Positions 1 through 10,480 of a stretch of 64,000 bases of DNA are shown here, piece after piece. The stretch lies in assembly GCA_045837725.1 (NCBI GenBank), contig JBEWZL010000209.1:434001-498000 (forward strand), written 5' to 3'. The position numbers were made by a program, and so were the translations under genes. How positions within the stretch are numbered: position 1 is the first letter of the stretch; each line of letters opens with the position of its first letter. Origin of the DNA: Vermamoeba vermiformis. Taxonomy: Eukaryota. Below the pieces are notes generated by a model, which was not told the DNA's origin, ran no database searches, and saw only the letters and a program-made list of their open reading frames with translations.

Positions 1-150
1 GCGAGAACAATGTTAGTATAACGAATAGAATCAAAAAATCTGCCAGCTCGCAAAATTGAAAAGTCTCGTAACAGGACTGGGATCCGTTATGTGAATCAAA
101 TGTCCTGGCCCATCGTTAAGTTCACGAAAAAAAATCCTTTCGAAATCAAA

Positions 151-2422
151 ATGTATTCGCAGACAACAGCACTGCAGAAAATTCACGTTCGAAATCTGTT
201 CAAGATCTTCGTTCCTTTACGAGGCGAGAACAATTTCAGCGTCAAACTCAATACCACACCAGTATTTGGCGTTGTAATATACGACAAAAATGATGCAAAT
301 ATATCTTATGAATATCAGCTTCATATGCTTCTTCGAGAACGCAATTATGCGCAAGGAATCGAAACTGAATCTGAAGCGGTTGGATGCTTCAGCTGGGCCA
401 AAAGAAATGCCGTATTATTTCAAACAGAACAAAATACAAATAATATCGAAGGAGTTATGCTCCGAGTGAAGGTAAATCATGGGATCTTCGATTTTAGAAA
501 GACAAGTCGGCAGTTGATCAGAATTGTTGTGAACTTGCACGTTGCAAACCAATACGTCCATCAAGGCACGAGTACTTTATGCAAATTATTGCCGAAAAAA
601 CGAAAGGCAGATAAAAGCAGCGAAAATACCGAAGGTAAGTAATTTAAAATTAACTAAATTCAAATAAAATTGCGTAGGTTACAATTAATTTGATTCATAT
701 CTATATTATTCGAATAATAATTATTAGAAATTAATTTTCTTTGTTCAGCTGAAGTTGCGATCACGTGGCCCACGGATGAAACTCCGGAAAGCGAGCAACA
801 CTATCCTGCAATCGATCAACCAGCCAATAATATAAGTCCATATTCCGACTCGGCTATTGAAGTCTACGAAAGTCCTGAAGTTAGTCCGATCCGCATGCCA
901 AATCTGTTCGCACAACCTTCCTCGTCCTCGATGCTTATTCAAGAAGTAGAAATGTCTAATGTTTTTACCCAGCCGTAAGTATTATAGAATAGCATACTTA
1001 GAGGCATAATAGCTTTTAAAATATGAAACGCAGAGCGAACGACAATAATAGCGAGTGGATGGTGCTGTACAACGGCAATGCGGAAGTCGTGGGCAACTTC
1101 AGAGCACTCAACTTCTACAAGGCATCTGATATCAATATTAAAGAAGACATTAGACTGCTCATGGAAGGTTCGTTGCATTTTTAAGAACTTTTAGACGCGT
1201 GTCTTTTTGACACTTGGGTTTGACATGCGTGCACTTGTGCGCGTTAATTTTACCGTCAGAACAGAGCTAACGCGTAGTACTATTAGATCATAATCCTCGC
1301 GAGGTGATTTTGAAGATCGATGGCGTTGAATACAAGTTCAAAGACAATGTTCAGCACTCAACAAACAAACGATTCGTTGGTTACATTGCACAACAAATCG
1401 AAAGTGTTGTTCCTGAAGCAGTTCAGTTGATCGATGGCATTCTTCATGTGGACTACGAGTCATTGATTCCTTACCTCAGTGAATCGATCAAACAGAACTT
1501 CACTGACATTCAAGGCATCAAATCAGATACTCAGAAACTTGAAGCAGTGTTGAACAATCTTTACGAACAGTTCACCACAGGCGAAAGCAATGCAAAGTCA
1601 AAGACGAAGTCAAATACAAAGTCACGACCGATGAAGGAAAAGTCACGTGTCAATTCCAACACTTTGACAGGATTGGTCAAATCCAAGTGGCAGGTGTTCG
1701 CAGGATTATTGTTATTAGCGGTGATTGGCGTCACTATCGCACTTAGTATTGGCTTAGCATCAAAGTTTAGAGAACAACAGCCGGACGAAGCTAAACCGGT
1801 TCCAAGTACCTACCCGCATTACGAACCGCCAGACGCCTACGGCGAAACAGACGCAAGAACTGCATTAAAATTGTTCTATCAAACAATGAACGGAGATAAC
1901 TGGATAATTAAGACGAATTGGATGAGCAATACTTCGGTGTGTGAATGGTACGGTGTTACTTGTGACGGACCATTTGAATACGAACGCGTTACAGAAGTTC
2001 GTCTTCCGAATAACAATTTGACTGGTGGATTGAACGGACAAGAATTGATGTACAAAGTAGCGTCGTTGAGCGTAGTTGACCTCAGCAAAAACTTCATTCA
2101 GTACCACGTGACAAAACTATCACAGTTCATCTCGCACTTGAATTTGTCGGAGAATAAGATATCAGCGAATATCAAAGTGTTCAATCAATTGACGTACATT
2201 CGGTCACTCAATTTGGCCCATACGGAAGTGTACGGAGAATTTTCACTTTCACCGAGTCAATTAGTCCGATTGAAAGAGCTCAATATGTCGCACACATCTA
2301 TATCAAGTATTGCGGATATTGAAGGCGAGTACGAGATTGAAGTGTGCGATTTCACTAGCATTATGTGGTTATACTGCCCAATTCCGAGATGGATCCGCTA
2401 TTGCGGTGCAAGATGTGTTTAA
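151..2422 (+). CDS. Array copy 1: N-terminal FDFRK domain - S74/ICA autocleavage domain - TM - LRR ectodomain (4 exons: ~151-634, 749-~975, 1034-1167, 1287-2422)
   Basis: GT-AG splicing joins ORF 91..642 to ORF 1304..2422 in frame. Motifs: HGIFDFRK...LLPKKRK; YNGNAEVVGNFRALNFYKASDINIKEDI (Ser codon 1125-1127); GYIAQQIESVVPEAV...VDYESLIPYL; TM VFAGLLLLAVIGVTIALSIGLA; LRR N-cap W..NTSVCEWYGVTC. Confidence 0.85.
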
Positions 2423-2577
2423 ATTGTAAAACTTTGTATATAATCAGCCTAACTTAAAACTTAAATTTTTGTTAACACGATGCTGTTCTAATTATTACTA
2501 TTAATTTTTGTAACACGAATTTTTTTTGAACTTTTATTTGAGCTGGATCTTGTTGATCGTGGGCACTTAGTAGCTCT

Positions 2578-4282
2578 CTATATTCTACCATACTTCTTAA
2601 ATGCTTTGCGAGCAATTGCGCCAAGTGTTGCAATTCCAAGGGCTTGATGCCGACATAAAATTTCAAGCCAGATCTCGCTCGGAAACAAAGCAAAACTGCT
2701 ATTTTGGCGAGCTATGTTGTTCATCAATATCCACCAGTCTATTTTAAACTCTGTTTTCTTTGCTATATTATTCGCTAACACCTCTTCCATTCCTGGAATC
2801 GGCTCTCGCGTTTTTAACTTTTCAAGAACGCCGTTCACTGAAACAGCTTTACAAATTTGTTCTTTGTGGCTTTTAAGGCCTAGTCTAATGTCAATATACA
2901 GCTTTGTTAATGATTCATTCGCTGTCAATGCTTCTATTATGTTGTCAAGTGAAAATCCGTCGATTACAGGGCCGTCAATTCGCAGTACTTTCAAACTCGA
3001 ATTAAATTTCAATCCTTCAAAAATCCATTTATCTTGATCTTTTGGTCGTCTGAATAGAGAATGATAAGCTAAATGTAGCTTTTCTAAAGATTTGTGGTTT
3101 TTGATCAAATTGCCAAATACTTTCTTTGCCGTTAAGTCGATATAATCAAAATGCAGGGAAATTTCTTTAATTTTTTCTGTTTTAAGCAGCCAATTGCATA
3201 TTTTTTCGTATCGGTTCAGTCTGCCTAGCGCCATTTTGTCCATGCAAAAATATTCGAGGGTTCGATCATGATCCAAAGCATTAAGTACTTTCTCATAGGT
3301 ACTGTCACGATGAAAGCATTCTGATAGTTCTAATTTTTTTAAAATGTTCGCTGAAACTATGTTGCAAAGTGCATCCGTTGCTTGCTGATCGTCCTCCGAA
3401 AAATAAATTTCGTCTATATAAAGCCTGGCAATTCTCTTATTTGTCAATATAATATCCGCCAAATATTTTAATTGATCGCTGCTAATTTCATTCGGGGCTG
3501 ATAAACGTAAGCTTGTAATGCTCGTGTGTTGTTTGAGCGCATCCAAAAATAGAGTTCCGCGATCTGGATATTCAAAGGGTGTAGTATGATAAATCTTTAG
3601 TTTTGTTAATGTATTTGCGCTGTCAGTTAATATTTCGATTAAATTATCAATTGTTTCGAGGCTAGTTTCGTTTTCGTTAGGAATGTATCTATTCGCAATT
3701 CGCAATTCTAATCCTTTAACTGTTTTGTTGACTTTAAAGACTTCGTTAAATATATTGCGTCCTTCTGTATCCTTCTTTATATCTTTTAAGATTATTGTTT
3801 TGATGCTAGTATTCGTTTTTAAAGCTGCAGCGAGAATCTGTTGTGTTTCGGATGTCAGATCAATGCGGCCTAAATCCAATTTCGTAATGGTCTTGGTTCT
3901 TGCAATCACTTCACTAATCCAAATAATATCATCTTGATCAAGTCCCGTGGGTTCTGCCTCTGTGATTGACAAACCAAAACTTTTGAGATTTGAGTTAACC
4001 AGCGCCTCCGCTAATTTTTGTTTGCTGAATTCGGGCACATAAAAATAAATCCGCAAGTGTTTGCATTTAATCGTCCATTGGGCATTAGGATTGGAGATAG
4101 TGCGCTCCAGATCGGTTTCAGAAAATACCTCAATTCGATTCTAAATTAAAAATATTATGAGTGATTGTACTACAAATTTTCTATGATAAACATTGTCTCT
4201 ATGAATGAATTATTTGACCAAAATTAAACTATTTCTAGCTCGACAAAGATCTGCTTGTACTTACCGAAGCGAGCTCAGCCAT
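2578..4282 (-). CDS. Cytoplasmic ribonuclease-inhibitor-like (RI/NLRC3-type) LRR protein
   Basis: 492-aa ORF with ~28-aa repeats such as LAAALKTNTSIKTIIL, ALKQHTSITSLRL, GLKFNSSLKVLRI, ALTANESLTKLYI. Probable short first exon from ATG 4282 ending at a GTAAGT donor. Confidence 0.7.
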
Positions 4283-4589
4283 TGGTACTACTATTGCATA
4301 AAATTATAGTTCGTGCAATTGTGGTATTCAATACATTTATGGTATTCAATGATACAATAGGTCTCATCTTGTGAATCCGATCTCGATTAGTCCTGCAAAG
4401 TTGAACTTGATTCTCAGCGCGTTATTTCGTCAAGATTCGCTATAATGAGATGTGTTGCGTGCTTTTAAGGCAATAATATGATTACTCTTCGGAGATCACC
4501 CGATCTGTCAACAAATCAATGAACGCCAAAAAGTTTATTAGCTGATTTATTCGCTAGAAATGCCGTTTAGTTTGTAATAATGACCAGAT

Positions 4590-7198
4590 ATGCAATCAAT
4601 ACATGTTAGATATATATTTCAGCTCTCAATACCATTGCACGGAGATTTTCAAGGCGGATTCTCTTTTAATCTATCTCAAAATGGCATTGGGCTTACAATA
4701 AAGACGCAAAATTCAGTAGACGATTGGCACTATGAAGTACAGCTATTATCTTGCGATGGAGGCTTGGAGTTGGATGCGACAAAATGTCTGACTTGGGCAA
4801 AAAGAAATTCTTATACGCTTCAAACCAAAGCAAATGCATCATTAGAAGGTCTAGTACTTAGATTGAAGATTAAGCATGGCGTATTTGATTTTAGAAAAGT
4901 GAAAAAGCGAGCGATTAGATTTAATGTGAATTGTTTCAACTCCGGCATTTTTGTTGGTCGAGGAACGTCTGAAATATGTCAGTTACTTCCAAAGAAACGA
5001 AAAGCAGATGATTCTGAAATTAATGATGAAGGTAATTATAATTTTTCGTTAATTAATCATTTTTGTCCTCATCTTGAGACCGCAAAATTAATATTCGGCT
5101 CTCGGCTATACTGTCAAAGCATTATTTATAATAGAAAATAATATTATATGAAGTTTAGCTGCCGATCGAAACCTTACGCACGCATCTAACTTGCTTCTTC
5201 TTGAATAGTTCTGGTTCCCATAGTGTGGTCAAAAGGCCAGCAAATAAAAGAAAACTACGAGCCACACCCAGAAAATCCGCTAATTGAACCAATGCTGCTA
5301 AACAACAATGCAACTTCGGAGCTTAATTCGAGCGACGAAGAACGACCCCAAAAACGACAACGCATTAGCACTATGCACGAACAACAACAATTATCACCTG
5401 TAGACAGCAACTCTTCGCCGCAAGAGATGAATGGTACGCTTGTAACCGACAGTTTTGAAATGGAGCCGGACTACGAGCCACCCGAACTGCCACCTTACTA
5501 CGTCCATCACGACCATAGAACACTTGCTTCGAACGCGTAAGTACTCTAATAATACTTAGCCCGGCAGCTACTAACAATACGCAATATCGCTAGTGATATT
5601 ATGGGCTATCACGAGGGTGCAACAGGGCACGAGATGATGATGCGTCAACATAATATTAACGAACAGTACATGGTACTGTACAACGGCAATGCAGAAGTCG
5701 TGGGCAACTTCAGAGCACTCAACTTCTACAAGGCATCTGATATCAATATTAAAGAGGACATTAGATTGCTCGTGGAAGGTACGTGTGACACGCGATCTGG
5801 ATCTACTTTTAGTTTTCTTACGTGTTGCATGCGACAGATCGCGACCCACGTGATGTTATTCTGAAGATTGATGGTGTTGAATACAAGTTCAAAGACAATG
5901 TTCAGCACTCAACAAACAAACGATTCGTTGGTTACATTGCACAACAAATCGAAAGTGTTGTTCCTGAAGCAGTTCAATTGATCGATGGCATTCTTCATGT
6001 GGACTACGAGTCATTGATTCCTTACCTCAGTGAATCAATCAAACAGAACTTCAATGACATCAAAGGACTCAAGTCAGAATCAGAACAGATCCGCAGGTTG
6101 TTGGACTCGTTGTACGCAGACTTCATACCAAAACAACCGAACAATGGTGAAAAAAGCAAGAAGACGACGCCTACTAAGAGCACCACAAGCTCACGAGATG
6201 CAAGCAAAGTCACTAACTGGCAGTTAATCCTCGCAATAGCGGTCATGTGCACGATCGGTGTGGCTGTTGGCTTTGTCGTATTTATGTCCCAAACGAATCC
6301 AAACAGCCCCTCTCCACCGGCACAAATCAAGTCTATCAACGAGACTATAGCAGTTAATCCAGACAAAGTTGCACTGATGAAAATATTCCACGCATTGAAC
6401 GGATCCAATTGGCTAAAGAACGATTTATGGGGCTCGAATACAACGCAATGTAATTGGCTAGGAATCACGTGCAAAGACAACCGTGTTAGGCAGATAAGAT
6501 TGCCTAATAATAATCTCAGCGGATCTATCCCCGAAGAAATCGGAGATCTTACGCAGCTCGAGTGGCTAAATTTGGCATCGAATGACTTGCATGGAACAAT
6601 ACCCACGTCGTTATATTCATTGAAGAATCTAGATGGATTAGTGCTTAGTAATAATAAGAACCTTACTGGCACGATCTCGAGCGCAATCAAGAACGCAGAA
6701 AATCTTTCGTGGATCGATCTCAGCGGATGCAACATTCAAGGCACGATTCCAGACACCCTAATGCAGAATTTAGACCTCGCATTACTCAATCTATCATCGA
6801 ATGCACTTACTGGGTCTATTCCGCCCACATCCAGCAGCAACTTCATTATGAAGCTCGATCTGTCATGGAACCAACTGCAGGACGTTATTCCTCCTATGCA
6901 CGTGACTATAGAGCTCAATTTGTCCCACAACAAATTATTTGGAGATCTTCTTAACATCAAGTACGCGAAGTTGGAGTCAATGGATTTGAGCCACAACAAA
7001 CTGACTGGATCCTTCTTCTTATTCGAGAATAATCTTAATAACTTGCAGTACCTCAATATATCATATAATAAGTTCTACGAGACGCCTATTGCAAAGGATT
7101 TCAACTTCACAGTGCCCGTGTGCGACGCTTCAAATAACAGATTCGAGTGTCCGATTCCAGAGTGGCTGCGAAATCGATGTCATGCAACCTGTTTTTAA
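4590..7198 (+). CDS. Array copy 2: FDFRK domain (family A) - S74 - TM - LRR
   Basis: ORFs 4590..5141, 5223..5540, 5601..5864 and 5822..7198 are joined by GT-AG introns; same motifs; LRR consensus L.G.IP..(I)G.L..L..L.L..N. Confidence 0.87.
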
Positions 7199-7322
7199 CA
7201 AATATAACGATGTAAATATAATATAATAAAATCGATTGTAAATAGATAAAAATCGGAATTGAAACTTCGGATCAGGCCTGAAAAATTTCTGTTTCTATTT
7301 TATATTATTAATCTATTATACA

Positions 7323-9912
7323 TTAAAAAGTACAAGTAGCAGCACAATGGTCTTTAACCCAAGAGTTCAATGGGCATTTGAACGGGTTACCAAATGCTTT
7401 ACACTGCGATGGCAAATCCGTTGAGTTTGGATTGACGTACAACGGGAACTTGAATCCAGTGAACTTATTGTTGGATATATCGAGTAGTTCATAGTGATCG
7501 CCATTCGACAACTCGAAGACGCCGTTCAGCATGTTACTTCGCAGATTCAAATTTTCGACGGCTCTAAAAGACTGAGTTCGAACTTCTCCGCTGAGCTTGT
7601 TATGCGAAAAATCAATTGAAGCAGCAGAAAGTGATATAATGACCGGAACTGAGCCTTCCAAATAATTCCAAGACAGATCCACGACCTTCGGCGGGTAACG
7701 TTCCAGACTTGGAATTGTTCCGTCAAGACTGTTAGAGGATAGATTGAGATAATGCAAAGATGTTCCTAATGACATGAAAAGCGGTGGAATGGTGCCTCCA
7801 ATGCGATTATACGCCAAATTGAGGTAATGCAGCATCGGGAATGACGCTTCGGTGGGTTGCGGCAAAGATCCAAACAAGCTGTTGTCACTTAAATCAATCA
7901 TTGTGGCTCGTTTCAATGCTGTAAAATCCGATGGCAGAGATCCACGAAGTTGATTTGAACTTAGATCCAGCTCCATCAAACTTTCTTTGAGCGCCACACT
8001 GAAATTTCCGGGAAAGTTTCCTTGCAAAGAATTGTTGCTCAAGTTGATCTTGGTGACTAGGCCGCTTTCACACGTGATTCCGTACCACTTGCAATAGTCT
8101 TCATTTGAAAGCCAGCCGGTGTTGTTGTTCCAATAAGGTCCATTTGTCGTGTTAAAAAACACTTGTAGCGCGTATAAAACGGTCCAAGGTTGCAGTCCAG
8201 AGCTACTGCTGTCGAGCGGCGTCAATGGGATACGATCGCTCTTGTGTGCCTCGTAAAGTACCAACGCACCAATAGTGACACTGGCCACTAAGAGCGCGAC
8301 AATACTAACGCCAAGCATCCACTTCTGCCAGCTTGAACGAGGTCGTTTTTTCGTTTCACCAGCTTCCAAGTTCGATGTTGATGTTTTTGTGTATCGTTCT
8401 TTAACGTCTGCAAATTCAGTAAAGAGTTGATCGACCATCTCGTGAATCTTTTGTGTCTCGTGTTTGGTGTTCTTAATGTCGTTAAAATTTTGCTTGACTG
8501 ATTCACTGAGGTAAGGAATCAATGACTCGTAGTCCACATGAAGAATGCCATCGATCAACTGAACTGCTTCAGGAACAACACTTTCGATTTGTTGTGCAAT
8601 GTAACCAACGAATCGTCGTTGAGTGGAGTGTGTTGTGCCTGGTTTGAACTTGTACGACACTCCTGAGATCTTCAGAAGAACGTCACGTGGATCGTGTTCT
8701 AAGTAAGCAAAGTTAGTACTAAGATTTTGCATGGTGCAAGCAAAAATCAATCGTACCATCAGTGAGCAATCTAATGTCCTCTTTAATATTGATATCCGAT
8801 GCCTTGTAGAAGTTGAGTGCTCTGAAGTTGCCCACGACTTCTGCATTGCCGTTGTAGAGTACCATGTACTGTTCGTTCTCGCGTGCCATTAACATGTCAT
8901 GCTCCGGCGAGTACTGTTGGAAAGTAATAAGTGCACTACTAAATAACGTTAGTAAGTGCCGGCCTTAGTACGAATACTTATTGTGGTACTACTTACCTGC
9001 TCGCGGTGAGTACTCGATGGTCATGGATGTGGTCATCGAACATAAAGTGAGAATCACTACAGCAATATGTCAGTACAATAATATGACATAGAAATATTCT
9101 ACGTACACAGCTAACACTTGAGTGAGATCGTTAGGCGTCGAAACAACTTCGGCATCCGAGCCACCGAGATGCTGTGAGTTGTTATTGTTAGGAGATGGGT
9201 CTTCTGAGCTATGACCTTGAAAACCAGATGAACTGTCTTCGTTGATATCATCGAGGCTATGAAGGTCATCCACCTCGAGTGATTGGACGGATGGGGCGTT
9301 CGCGTGGTGCCATACCACTGGGATCGACACTGCAAAATACAATTTAGCGATAAATAATTTATACAAATATATACCGAAAGAATTCTTAATTATTTCTGAC
9401 ATCGAAAATAACGTCGGTATTATTTGATCAATTTTTTATGTATGTGTACCTTCGTCTAAATCAGAATCGCTTGCGTGTCTTCGCTTTCCTAGTAACTGGC
9501 ATATTTTTGACGTGCCTTTGTATTGAAAGCTGCCAGAAGCAAAGCATTCCACTTCGAATCTGACGTATCTCTTCGGAACTTTTCTGAAATCAAAGCCAGG
9601 GCCGATTCGAAGGTGCAATATAATTGCTTCGATAGCATTATTTGGTTCCCGCGTTTGAAAGCTTGTCGCCGTCTTCTTGCCCCATTGCAAAAGCTCGGTA
9701 GAATTTATATTATTTTCGCTTTTGCTTTTACCAGGTCCGTACTGAATATCCGAGAATAAATTAATTCTATATGAACAATATGTGTCCGTTGATGGGAATA
9801 TAACGGTAAATCCGAAGTTGGAGGGTGAACTCGACACATCCACTTTCGGCGGGGTGTCCGCAGCGAAAGGAACTACAAGTTTAAAAATATTTCTAACATG
9901 TAGTTGCTGCAT
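7323..9912 (-). CDS. Array copy 3: FDFRK domain (family B) - S74 - TM - LRR
   Basis: ORFs 9436..9912, 9070..9402 and 7323..8846; LRIGPGFDFRKVPKRY; S74 motifs; TM MLGVSIVALLVASVTIGALVLY; LRRs. Confidence 0.87.
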
Positions 9913-10480
9913 GTCTTTGAGTTATGAATGACAAACGGAAGATTCGAACGGAAGAGAACCGTCTGTCTAACTGTCAATCCCATCGTCACATGTGATCCGA
10001 AAAATTCATTTTCCGAGTCCTAATTCAAGTCTGCGCGGCAATAGAAGAGCACCCCTACAACTCTTTTGTGACACGTCATCTTTTTGCCGCAAAATTCCAA
10101 CGGTGCACACGCGAAACGGGAATCAGATTCATTTGAACAGCACAGAAGACGCCCAATGCAGCTGTCTGTGATTCCTTTTGGTAGAGTTGCGTCTTATTCT
10201 TATGTTATTCTCGATTGCTTTGAAATTTCTAACGAAAAACAAAAGAATGAAACATGTCCAACCTCCATCTACCACGCAACTCGAGCGGTCTGGCGGAAAC
10301 AGAATGAATTAGATCTAGTTGACGTTTTTTAAATATTAAAATGGTCATAATTACGTCACACTAAATTCTTACCGGATCTGATCTCGAGGTAAAATCCCGA
10401 AAAAATTACCAAGAGCATTGCTTACAAAGTGTTTATATACTAACTTCCTGCACTAGGAAAAAGAACTGTACAATAATTAT

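Noticed and set aside
151-634. Naming the array genes MYRF/mrfA orthologs or calling the N-domain NDT80
   Set aside because: Only the S74-coiled coil-TM layout is recognisably shared; I cannot see NDT80 motifs, so no symbol was assigned.
1034-1500. S74 domain as evidence of a prophage or phage tail-fibre gene
   Set aside because: The domain is interrupted by a conserved spliceosomal intron and fused to TM/LRR; there are no other phage genes.
6022-7056. Antisense ORFs over LRR exons (e.g. 6022..6735, 18014..18415, 46223..46579, 48899..49252) and alternate-frame MQKSWATSEHST ORFs
   Set aside because: These are shadows of the real coding frame; they recur only because the sense sequence is repeated.
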